Positions 27,705 to 39,630 of a stretch of 64,000 bases of DNA are shown here, one piece after another; position 1 is the first letter of the stretch, and each line of letters opens with the position of its first letter. Below the pieces are notes generated by a model. That model saw nothing but the letters and a program-made list of their open reading frames with translations, was not told the origin of the DNA and did no database searches. Where the stretch lies: contig MU053652.1 of the NCBI GenBank assembly GCA_013239625.1, positions 6,315,902 to 6,379,901 on the forward strand, written 5' to 3'. Both the position numbers and the translations under genes were made by a program. Source of the stretch: Lama guanicoe. Lineage: Eukaryota.

Positions 27705-27981
27705 CTGAAATGGATAACGACAGAAAATGGGAAAGCCCTAGATATGGTAGGAGCTTTTTAAAATTCTCCATCTTCAAGTGGCTAAAAGAGGCTTTTCAGT
27801 AAATAAGAGTTTTGATCCAGCCATTAATATCAAATGAAGCACCTTGAGGTTTACATAGCTGGAGGCATTATTTAGAGACAGACCACCTCACTGTTCCCCC
27901 AGGGCACACACTGTTAACAATCAGAGGCAGTTAACAAGCTCTATGCTGTGTTCTCCCCTGGTTGCAACTAGGGAGACTTAC

Positions 27982-28050
27982 GAGAAGCTCTTCAAGAAAC
28001 CCTTGATTGGAATTCCTCACAGTAGTCCAGCTTGGAGGACACAGAGGGCA
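27982..28050 (-). other. Candidate non-coding first exon (TSS approximate)
   Basis: Starts ~30 nt after the TATA box and ends at CTC|GTAAGT (intron starts at 27981); contains no ATG. Confidence 0.45.
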
Positions 28051-28110
28051 AATTCACCTGTGACCGGGGCTATATATAAGAAACAGTTTGGTGATAAAAA
28101 AGGAAGTCAT
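28045..28110 (-). promoter_or_regulatory. Candidate Pol II core/proximal promoter: TATA box with GATA and ETS sites
   Basis: TATATATA at 28071-28078, WGATAA at 28092-28097, AAAAAGGAAGT ETS site ending 28107, E-box at 28055-28060. A consensus splice donor lies ~95 nt downstream on the minus strand. Confidence 0.5.
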
Positions 28111-28594
28111 TCCTATGTCTAAACCGATTCCCACAAAAACCCAGCGACCTACCAGTACATCTCACATTCCTTTATTCTTTCTGGTTACTTGAAAGAAAAA
28201 AAGAAGCTTACTGAAAAACAAACCTCCATATCATTTTATTTATTTTGATAATATAGAGTGTATGATTATAACGATCAGCTAACTTTAAATATCATAATTG
28301 CACAAGCAGTGCTTTATAACTAGAAGTTTATTTTAGTGAGTCAACAGTGAAAAAAGCTATGCACATTCTCTGTCATGCTGAGGGTCTCCTGGGCAGTTCC
28401 AGGAGGTCAGCACTTACTTTAAGGTCATGGCAGCTTGGATGGAAGTGATTCTACATCTCCAGGATCAGTCAGGAGTGAATCCAAGCTTGGGCTGCCCTCA
28501 CCTGCCCTTTGTGTTCTGAGAAACTGCCAAGATCTTTGCACTATGTAATGTTCCAGGGAAGAAATCTAAACCATGCTTTCAGAGATAAGGCAAG

Positions 28595-29640
28595 CAATTG
28601 AATTAAAAGACACCATTAAGAAAATAAATAAGACAAGTCACAGACTGGAAAAAAGATTCCCATCACATTTATCTGACAAAGGACTTATGTCTAGCCTGCA
28701 TAATGAAACATTACAGAACAGCAGTAAAAAGGAAAACTGCCCTCAAAAACAGGCACAAGGTTTGTACAGACATTTCAAAATAGAAAATGTACAGAAACCA
28801 GTAAGCACATGAAAAAATATTAATCCTTATTAATTAGGGAAAGCAAATGAATGCACACAAATATGGCTAAAGTCAAAGACTACCAATAACAAATGTTGCT
28901 TAAAAAAATGGAGTGGCTAGAATACCCTATACTGCTAGAAGGAGCATAAAACGGTATAACATTTTGGAAAACTGGCAGTTTCTTATAAATGAAACATATT
29001 TCTATGATATAACATTTACATGTCCACTTTTATGCATTTATTCAAGAGAAATGGTAACGTATGAGTTCAAAAAGTCTTGTATAAGAATGATCATACTAGC
29101 CTTATTTACAGCAGCCAAAAGTTAGATACAACTTACATATCCATCAATTAGAAAATAAATCAACAAATTGTGTTATATTCATGCAGTAAAATACTTAGCA
29201 GTGAAAAGGAAAAAACATTACAGATGCACGTTGCAACATGGATGAATCTCAATAACATTATTGAGATATATTATAAATATATTATATTATAAATTTATAT
29301 ATATATATAAATATAATATATTATAAATATATTACATTATAAATTTATATATATAAATATAATATATTATAAATATATTATTTATATTTGTTGCATGAAA
29401 AGCAATGGAATATGAAGATACACACTAACAGCTGTAGCTCAAAAACATGATGCTAAGTGAAGTCTGAAAGTGGTTGCCTATGGAAGGGGGTATATTTTCC
29501 AGAAAAGGGCATAAGTGAAATCTCTTAAGGTGATGGAAATGTTCTATATTTTGCATTGGATAATTTAAAACCTATTGAATTAATAATTGAGATTTTTGCA
29601 TTTTATCATATATATATATATTTTACCAAAAAAAGAAAGA
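28595..29640 (+). mobile_element. Ancient L1M ORF2 end and 3' UTR with an internal AT-rich repeat
   Basis: ORF IELKDTIKKINKTSHRLEKRFPSHLSDKGLMS; caacatggatgaatctca; ggtgatggaaatgttctatattt; A-rich tail. Confidence 0.88.
29265..29388. repeat. AT-only minisatellite, ~46-50 bp units (~2.5 copies)
   Basis: Repeated atatattataaatatatta(t/c)attataaatttatatatataaatata. Confidence 0.9.
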
Positions 29641-29698
29641 AAAAAATAATGATAGAAAAGTCTAAAGCATGGCAGGGAAAAATACCTTTTGGAACATC

Positions 29699-30091
29699 TG
29701 CTGTGTACTAAAATGTGTCCTCCCAAAATTCGTATGTTGAAGCCCTAATGAGACTGTATTTAGAGATAAGGGCTATAAAGAGGTAATTAAATTTAAATGA
29801 GATCATAAGGAAGAGGTCTCGACCTCTTATAGGAAGAGACACCAGACACCAGACAACTTGATCCCTCTCTCTCTCTCTTTCTCACCACACATGCACAAAG
29901 AAGAGGTCTTGTGAGTACAAGAGAAGATGGTGGCTGTCTGTGAGGTAAGAGAAGAGGACTCAGAATAAAAGCTACCTGGCTGGCACCTTGACCTTGGACT
30001 TCCCAGCCTGCAGAACAGTGAGAAATAAATCCTGTTGTTTAAGCCACCAGGTCTGTGTTTTTTGTTATGGTAGCCTGAGTAGACTAAGACA
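29699..30091 (+). mobile_element. MaLR solo LTR, MLT1A/B-like
   Basis: TG..CA termini; tgtgtcctcccaaaattcgtatgttgaagccctaa; ccttggacttcccagcctgcagaacagtgagaaataaat..tttaagccacc. Confidence 0.92.
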
Positions 30092-30099
30092 TTATCAAT

Positions 30100-31210
30100 T
30101 TTGCTTATAGGAATTTACTATAATTGACACCCCCAGTCATACAAATACTTACACTTGATGCTATTCATTGTGGTATTTCTTTTAATAATTACAAAATACA
30201 GGAAATGAGCTGATGCCTCAATGACTGATTGAACTATTACACTTTCATGCAATACAGTACAATATAGCTATCGATAAACTGATAAGATATTTCCAGTGTG
30301 TGGGTGTGCATACATATGCTTATGTTTGAAAAAAAAATAAATAAACAAATAAAGTTTGTTGCCAACAGAGTGGAGCATGGGGAAAGAATGGAAGAGACAG
30401 AGGAAGGAGTGACAATAAACTGTGTGTGTATATATATGTATTTATTTCTGAATGGTTTTGTTTTCTCAAGTCATGCTAAAGTTTTACATGGTTTAGAAAT
30501 AAACATAGTCAACAGGGATGCTAACAAATACACATTTAAAACAAACAAAAAATGAAACTAACTGTATATCCAATTGATGACATAACTACAAGTCAGAACA
30601 AAACAAAGCATGTCAAGTAATTTCACAGTATAAGCTCAGGCTTAAGATAGAAAAAACTAGAAAAACATCTTGAACTTTACTCAATGTCTTTGTTGTTACC
30701 CAGTATTCAAAAACTATTTGTATGTGTGTGTAGAACTGGATTCAGCAAATAAGTAAATATATTGCTGCCCTTCAGAGTATGGGTTTTCATTGCAGGAGGA
30801 GAGGAATAGAACTAAGAAAAAGAAAAGAAAGTATCCTGCTGTGCTGGACTGAAATGTGAGGTTTCAGGATGAACTAATAATTTGAATATACATATTCCAG
30901 CTCTGTTTTATAGAACCTATGACACCTTAATACTAATGAACACACCTAGTTCCCAAATCTTGATTTCTAAATATTATTATTATCAAAGTTATTCCTTTAC
31001 AGGATGACTGCAGGGTTGAGGAAGTGGAAGGGTCTGAGTGATCTTTTTGTTTCGAGAGTAAGACAGTGCTCATAAAATGACGGGGACATTTCAGGAACCA
31101 GACTGAAGGAGTTCACACTGGCAAAAAATTAAAAATACACACATACAGAGCATCAAAATGAATAATTTAGATGGATTATAATACATAATATATGGAATTA
31201 AAAAGGATGA
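30100..31210 (+). mobile_element. Degraded ancient L1 3' UTR fragments
   Basis: aaaaaatgaaacctaactgtatatc, catcttgaactttact, aacacacctagttcccaaatcttgatttctaaata. Confidence 0.6.
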
Positions 31211-31514
31211 AGAAGATTCCTTCTAGATCTAATTTGATGTCAAGTTGTAGAGATCATAAGTTCTGTTATTTTTCTCTGAATAGTGTGTTACTGTTTTTGA
31301 GATGAGTTTAATATTTCTTTAAGCCAATTTAAATAGCTTTCTTTATTTAGAGGTGATACATTCTAGCTGATACTACGTATTTAATACAAACAAATGAGCA
31401 TTATTAATGTGGACTCTAGTAGAGAGAAACACTTGAATCATTAAAGAAAAAATACCTACAACTTAATCAAATTGGCTAATCCTTAGAGAAAACACCTTTT
31501 GCTTACCCTGGGTT

Positions 31515-31519
31515 TGTGT

Positions 31520-31564
<45 letters not shown>

Positions 31565-31571
31565 CGCGCAC
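31515..31571. repeat. (TG)n-(CG)n compound microsatellite
   Basis: Uninterrupted purine/pyrimidine alternation over ~57 bp. Confidence 0.95.
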
Positions 31572-34500
31572 CTATAGATGTGTGTGCTGAGGAAGTGGGT
31601 TGGTGGGAGAAAGGAAAGGACAGTTTGATTTTGAATGTCATGAAAATTCAACACTGTTAAAGGAATTTTTAAAAAGCATTTTAATGTATACACATATGTC
31701 AATATATACTTATGTCTACTAAGTATACATAATGTGTCATATGTACTCACATATACATATATAATGTGTATAATTATAATAACTTATTTGTGATATACAT
31801 TTCTAATGTATGTAATTACACTGTCTATAATGCACATAATTCAAATATTAACATACAGAAATGTTTGGAGTGGTATATCCCAGGTAGGTTAATATAATAA
31901 AAAACATGAAGAGGTGTAATGGACTAAATAACTTGATTTTAGCCATATGCTTCCTCATTCTGTAAATATTAGAGATATTGGTACAATGTGAAGGCCACCA
32001 AGTATGTTGATGTTTTGCAAAGGGTTTCAATAATGTTGAATGATTTTGAAAGACATAAGACTAAGCCTTTCTGTGTGTAGTGCCTGGCTCTGGTTGTATC
32101 ACCCCCATACTCTCTACTTTCCTATATGTAAATAACTAGATAAGCTCTTAAGTAGATTTGGAGCAATTGCCACTCTGTGAATAAACGTGATAGGTGTAGA
32201 AGAGGATAAAAAGGGGATAAAGTGCCCGTATTTATTTAAAATGGGGACAAAAGAGAGGAAAGACTCTTTGCAGTCTGATCTAGTGACTTAGGACAAAAAA
32301 TTTCTCTCCAATTGTATAGCTTCATGTTACATAAAAGCATTTAAAATACTTATCTTCTAAAGGTATGAAAATTAAATAAGAATAGGCCATCTAACATTAC
32401 AAGAAAACAATAAAATATATTAAGAAACATTAAAGATGATTAAAAAGCAGATAATTTTAAAGAAAACAAAATGGGATTTGTATCTAAAATAGGCTAGTGA
32501 GATGGTGGCCTTGCTATAATAAATACATGTGGTTTATGCTTAGCAAAATCCCACAGTCCCTGTGTATAAAACAGATGTTTAAACTATTCATTTCAAGTCC
32601 AATCCTCATGTGTTATTCTTATGGTTCATGCCACTTGACAGATGGAGGCATGAAGTATGGAGGGAATTCATACCACTGCAACTCCATCCGGGAGAAGGGA
32701 TGATCAGAAGCCAGGGTGGAAACCTGCCTCGAGAAACAGGCCTGGAACAACCGACCCAAACTCAGAAGCATAGCCAAAGAAGAGCAGAGGCAGGCAGTTC
32801 AGCACACGGGGAGGAATGATATGCAAAGCAGGTAGGCGGAGGTTAGTAGGGAATCTGGGTGACAGGTGAAAGTTTGAGAGTTTTGTGGATGATAACTGTC
32901 TTACATGATTTTCCCATGAGAATTGCTCTGCCAATAGAAAGTCTAAGGTCAGGAATGGATAGAAAGCAAATTTAAATCAGAATCCAAATCACAGAGAAAG
33001 AAAATGACAGAAAACAGTGATGATTCTGGGTTCTAACCTAATACGCTATGATGGATGATAAAGAGGAAAATCACGGGTACTTGAGGAGGGTATGTTGGTA
33101 TTTCTAGGAGAATTGGACTCCTGTGAAATGTGGTCAAAATAGACATTATAACTTACGTGGTCAGGTCAAAAGAAGGATGAGTGTAGGAAATACTGAAGCT
33201 CAAGAGCAGGCACACTTAACTTACTCTAGGCAAAGGTGTTGACCATTTTTACAGGAGTGGATCTAGTATACAGTTAGGTGTGTGAACACTTCCAGAAGAA
33301 ACTCATGATCCTATGGAAGCCACAGGAACATTCTCTGTAGAATAGACATGGAGCACACACATCACCTTTATCGTCCCGTTATGTTTTTCAAACTGCCAAA
33401 ACAACAGTGTTGTTAACCCAACTAAAATAATTTAATTCATTCCAAGTTATGGGTAAAGACATAGAGAAAATCTAGAAGTCCTCTAGAAACACTGTAAGAG
33501 AGAAAACACCACATTCTGATACTGATTCAGATTTATTAATAATGGAATATTGCCATAATTAATGAGGAAGTTTTAGAATTACAATTTTTGTAAAAGCTAC
33601 ATGCCATTTACAGGTATTTACAGCTTGTTACTTTTAAGGGACACATCAAACATCTGGATAACAGCTGAGTAGTTGAGGACTAGGTTTCAAGGATAGATGC
33701 TGTTTTACATTGATGGGGCGTATAGAATATTTTTAGATTTTACGAAGCGCAGGAGGTAAGTTTTCATTTACGTGACGACAAAAAAAGACAAGGAGATATA
33801 TTTGGGTGTTCTAACTTTGCATAAAGTGTGCGATCAACCCATTTCAGTGGAACACAGCATTTAAAACTGATTATAATCAAAGCTGCTACAATGATGAAGG
33901 GGGTTCTATGAGTTCTATTTCAGGTATACAGCATGTTACAACATTTTATGGAATAGGTTTTTACTTGCTTCTCATCTTAAAAATTTAGACTACTCATCAA
34001 TAGCCCATTATACCACTGAAGATGGAGATTTATGCCTCAGAGCAATGTACATATTTCATGGCGACAGACTGAAGAGTGACAGGAGGAGAGCACACGCTCT
34101 TATGGAAGAGGTAACACAGGAATGGATTGCAAAGCACTTCTCAATCACAGGCAAAAAGCAATCTTGGTAAGCTTGCAAACAAGACAAAGCTACAAATTCT
34201 GCATCACATACAAAAATAACGGATCATGATAGAAATCACAGCTGTGCTTGATGGTTACCATTTTTTCTTAAAACTAGATAAACATGAAAAATACCTCAAC
34301 CTTGATTTTATCTTTTTTTCCCAAAGATTTTAAGCATAGAGACAGAAGGTTATCGAGAATGACGTATCCCGGTGGAGTTTAAAATCAGAGAAAATACCCC
34401 TTGTTCACATACTGTTATAAACACTAATACGTCATTTTACGGAAGTGATCTAAGTCCCATTCTGAACTGTGTGAGTCTAGAAAAAATCATACAGAAATTA

Positions 34501-34932
34501 TCAGTTATATTTTTATTTAGTGTCAGTGGATTTTTGTAGCCTGTATGTAATATAAGTGAAATGGTTACATAGCAGAAATCCAACTGTGGCAGAGCCAAGC
34601 GTTCCTGACAGCGGGAATTAAGCCATGAGTTACGCCTACTACGGGTGAACTCCCTGGATGGAAAGAACCTGCAAGCACTCTTCTGTTATAAAAGTAAATT
34701 TGTATAAACTTCATTCATTGCCTCAGCAGTGTTCAGCAAGCCATATAACCACAGAGAACATATGACCAAAGAGAAACGGTGGACATAGCAGACATTCAGC
34801 TCTAAAGTAGTAATTAGTCGACAATTATGAGTATGTATAATGTATCAGCCATTGCTCTTTAACACAGCACTATACATGTATTATTTAACATTCACAGTAG
34901 CCCCATGAACTGGATACTACTTTGTAAAAACT

Positions 34933-35670
34933 ATTTTTATTGTGGCAAAAACCACATAACATAAAATTTACCATCTTGTCCATTTCTAAGTGTACAGTTC
35001 AGTAGTGTTAAGTGTATTCACATTGTTGTGCAATCAATCTCCAAAGCTTTTTCAACTTGCCAAACTGAAATTCTATACATTATTAAATAACAACTCCTCA
35101 TTTCCTCCTTCCCTAATCCCCTGAAAACAACCATTCTACTTTGTTTCTAAGAATTTGGCTTTTCGGATACCTCATAAAAGTAGAATCATATAACATCTGT
35201 CTTTTTGTGACTGGCATATTCCACTTAGTATAATATCCTCTAGATTCACCCATGTTGTAACATGCATCAGAATTTCTTTCACTTTCAATACTGAATAATA
35301 TTCCTTTGCATATACAGACCACATTCTGCTTATATATTCATCAGTTGACGAACACTCAGGTTGCTTCCACGTCTTGGCTATTGTGACTAGAGCTATAATG
35401 AAGATGGGTGGGCAAATATCCCTCTGAGATTCTGCTTTCAATTCTTTTGAACGTATACCTAGAGGTGGAATTGCTGGATCATATGGTAACTCTATTTTTA
35501 ATTTGGTTTTAGGAACTACCATGCTGTTTTCCATAGTGGCTGCACCATTTTACATTCTCACCAACAGTTTCCAATTTCTCCACATCCTCTCCAATGCTTT
35601 TTATTTTCTGAGTGTTTTTTTTTTCCATCCCGGTAGGTGTAAGTTGATATCTCATTTGATTTGCATTTCC
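34933..35670 (-). mobile_element. L1MB-like 3' end nested inside a MIR
   Basis: Minus ORF ..[50 protein letters not shown] is the L1 ORF2 C-terminus. MIR halves lie at ~34830-34925 and ~35670-35800. Confidence 0.92.
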
Positions 35671-37559
35671 TGGTTACTATTTTTAACCTTATTTCTCAGA
35701 TGGAGAAACTAAGCTACAGAGAAGTTAGGTAATTTGTGAAAAGCCAGACAGTTTAGAGTGGATCTTAAAATCCATGCTCTCTGCCTTCACGTTTCCAATC
35801 TCTCACTATTCTGCAGCCAGAAGTTACTGACATACTGGAAAAATGAAGCCTTCTGTGCAAGAACAAATCAGAACAGAGTGGCTAGCTGATGTATGCTCTG
35901 CACTTGATATACGACAGTAGAGAACAGTGGAGAGAAAGAGAGTTCACCTAAATTGCTACTAAGACTCTGACAAGCGGGAATGACCATTTTGTCAGATGGC
36001 ATGAGACTCAGTGTGTGAAAAACAAGACTAATGGGTGATGAAGAGAGAAGATAAAAATTAGGCCAGAAGAGAAATATTTTCCTTAGTTGTACTTGAATAG
36101 ATTTTTTTTCTAGTTTATAATGTTGTAAATATGGAAACATGATAAATCATGCTGGTATCACACAATATTATTTATGACTTGTTGCATATAAACAGTTGCT
36201 TAGATTAACTATTTAATTAATGTAATACTTAGTAATATAGATTTTACATTCTATATTGACCTCATTTGTGGTGGTTGTTAAATCCCAGTTTAAAAAATTT
36301 TTCAGAATATTTCAGAGAATTACTGGATCAGGTGACTCTCATCTGAAAAATTCTGTGACGATTTTCAGATCTTTTTTGGAAAGTTCAGTGAGTTGCACGT
36401 ATATTAATAATAAGAATGACTACCAAATAACGAGAACCTATGATGAGGCAAGCCTTCTGCTAAATCTGTAACATGCAATGATCTCATTCAATCCACACAC
36501 AAACTATTTAACAAAGGTAATAGTAATACAGTTGAACAATCTGAGGCTATCTGTGATTAGTGTCCACAGTCCAACCCTGCCTGTGAAGGACACAGAATTC
36601 CAATCAGTTCTGTTCTAGAGCAAAATCAGCAGTCTAGCCAAATACGTTACCTATTTCTTTGTTCATATAGTCACTCAATAATTTATCATTTAGACACTTA
36701 GTAAATGTCTTAAATAAGACTCTGATTTCAATGAGAATGAAGGCAGCCTAACATGCTTTTTATAGGAAGCATACAAGTAAGAGATGTTTACAACCTTTGC
36801 TTCTGGGCAGGATAAAGGACCACGGGTGGCCAATATTCCCCCTCGGACAGGCTAAAGCAAGTTGGAAAAATAACAAAGTTACCATTTTTAAAGACAGCAA
36901 AAAGTTGTGGAAGCAATGATCACAAGATGAGTCAAAATTTAGGATGAACTGACAACCATTGGAACTCTTTTTAAAATATTTTATCCTGAGCTTCAGGCTT
37001 GACCCATATAGAGGGGTCTCTAGGAGAGAAAAATTCATAAAAGCTTTTGGCGATCACAAAGAACTACTGGTATGATAGACTGGAAACTGTGGGAGCCTCA
37101 AACAGAAACTCCCTTTTCCCATGGGATATGTTATATTTGGGGTTATTTATGAGAGGCTGGGATCTAGGCTTCCAGCTCTCAGAAGGCTGACTGACATCTC
37201 TCAAAGCCACGGTGTTCATAAGAGACTGAGTTCTTCTAGAACAAGGTGGAATGCCTCAAATACACAACTGCTGTCCACACACGATATCTGCAAGATGTGA
37301 GGTCGCTGGGGTGGGGCAGAGGGGATTATACAGCTGGGCTCAAAGCCTCTGGAGGGTGGTTAAACAGCGAAAGATTTCTGTCTATCTATCTATATTTATC
37401 TATACACACAAATATATCTATTACATGTATATAAATATACACACAAATACATAAATAGGTGAGTACTTTATACTCTAGAGTCTACATTAAAATTTAAAAA
37501 AAAATTAAAGGATTATTATAAAACGCTGTGAAAAGTTCTGATACATATAGTCACATACA

Positions 37560-37970
37560 GGTAGCCAGAGCAGAATAAAAGATAGACATGTATCTCTGAT
37601 TGGAGGTGAATGGGAAAGGTGCCCAAATAGAGAAAGTTCCTACACTGCATCTTGGAATACAAATAGCTAAAGCTAGTTAAAAATAAAATAAAGTGAGCAA
37701 GGATGCAAACAGGATTAGGAGGAAAGGTATTTGGGGCAGAAAGAACAAACTGTAAAAAGATCCAGAAGAAAGTTGAAGTGGTTGTTCATGGCTGGAATGT
37801 AGACACTGGGGAAGGTATGTGTAGAGAATTAGGGCTGGGTTAGGTTATAAAGGCATTTCTGTACCTTATGACAAAGCTTTTTGAGTTTTACCATGTAAAC
37901 AATAGGGAGAACATTGAAGGACTTAAAACACAGCAGTGGCATGATCAGATGTTTGTTTTGTAAAGATCAT
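37560..37970 (-). mobile_element. L2 fragment
   Basis: ggaaaggtatttggggcagaaagaacaaac, gagttttacc..aatagggagaacattgaaggacttaa..gtggcatgatcagat..ttttgtaaagatca. Confidence 0.7.
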
Positions 37971-37974
37971 CATT

Positions 37975-38577
37975 CCAGCAATCCCACTCCTGGGCATATA
38001 TTCAGAAGAAAATATAATTTGAAAAGACACATGACCCCAGTGTTCACAGAAGCACTGTTCACAACAGACGAGGCATGGAAACAACCCAAATGTCCATGGG
38101 CAGCTGATGTGATAAAGAAGATGTGTGTATATATTACACACGTGCGCGCGCATGCGCGCGCACGCATACAGGACTACTACTCGGCCATGAAAAAGAATAA
38201 AATAATGTCATTTGCAGCAACATGGATGGACCTGGAGATCGTCATTCTAGGTGAAGTAAGTCAGGAAGAGAAAGAAAAATATCACTTAAATGTGGAATCT
38301 TAAAAAAAGGACCCAAATGAACTTATCTACAAAACAGAAAGACTCACAGACATAGAGAACAAACTTATAGTTACCAGGAGGGAAAGGGGATGGGAAGGGA
38401 TAAATTAGGAGTTTGAAATTTGCACCCTTTGGAGAGTGATGGAAATGTTAGCTATCTTGATTGTGGTGGTGGTTTCATTGGTGTACACATCTATCAAAAT
38501 TCATCAAAGTGTACATCTGAAATAGATGTAGTTTACTGTGCAGGAATCATACTATAACGAAACTGTTAAAAAAAAAA
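37975..38577 (+). mobile_element. 5'-truncated L1 3' end, apparently chimeric, with target-site duplication aaagatca(t/c)catt
   Basis: ORF2 C-terminus TPVFTEALFTTDEAWKQPKCP..YYSAMKKNKIMSFAATWMDLEIVILGEVSQ; A-tail; flanking repeat at ~37962-37974 and ~38575-38587. Confidence 0.92.
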
Positions 38578-39319
38578 GATCACCATTGTAAAATAATGTC
38601 TTTCTAGAAGAAAACAGAAAATAAAATATAGTTCTTATTTTGTAAAGATCACCATTGCAAATATTATCTTTCTAGAAGACAATTAAAAAAATAAAAATCT
38701 GCTCATGCCACTGCTGTTTTAAGTCCATCAGTATTCTCCCTACTGTTAACATGGTGAAACCCAACCTCTTTCATAAAGTACAGAAATTCCTCTATAACCT
38801 GAGCCAGCCCTAATAAATCAATAAATTATACATATATATATTTATATGCCACATTTTACATTTGTATTACATATATTAAATAAATGCTACATACATATTT
38901 TACAAGTTATATGTATGTGTGTACACACACACATACACACACATATATATTTCTATACCAAATTTTGCATTTGAGGTTTTTCTCCTTGGCACTCCTTCCT
39001 GATCAAGATACACGTCTGTGAGTGAAATGGCTGGTTGGGGAAAGGCTACAATGGGCAAGGAATCACAGAATGAAGATGAGCAGTAACAGCTACTGGTAAT
39101 ATCACTTAAAAACTGTACAGACCAAATAAAGACTCACTACTTATATGCTCTTAAATAGGATTGATTGAAATACTTCTGACTTTGTATGTCTTGTTTCACA
39201 GTACTGTTTGAACCAGGCAGTCTTATCCTAGTGTATTCCCTAGGACAGCTAGGATATTTCATTCACTCGTCCCAGTTCATTGGCATCATTTTTATTCCAG
39301 AATCCTGTATCTGTTTATA

Positions 39320-39630
39320 CAGCTCTGTCCAAGAGAAACTGAATGCAAGTCACAAATGTGAGTGATGTAATTTTAAATATTCTATTAGCCACATTAGAAA
39401 GTAAAAATAAGCAGACGCAATTAACTTTAATGTATTTTGTTTAACCTTGTATACCCTAAATATTATTCAATATGTAATCAATATACAACTATTAATGAAA
39501 TATTTTACTTCATTTTTATAATAAATTTTCAAAATCTGGTGTGCATTTTCACACTGTGCTTCTTTCTTTAGGCTGGCTGCATTTCAACAGCTCAATAGTT
39601 ACTCATGACTAGGGTCTACCATATAATCTA
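39320..39630 (+). mobile_element. MER33 (hAT-Charlie)
   Basis: cagctctgtccaagagaa..gtaattttaaatattctattagccacatta..aaatctggtgtgcatttt..catttcaacagctcaatag. Confidence 0.85.

Noticed and set aside
27681..27746. Plus-strand 66-nt exon-like segment (ttttcttttcAG..ATG|GTAGGA; ADLTLAFKLKWITTENGKALDM)
   Set aside because: No recognisable homology or partner exons. Its pyrimidine tract is simply the complement of the minus-strand exon end, and the minus-strand model has stronger sites and a promoter. Not fully excluded.
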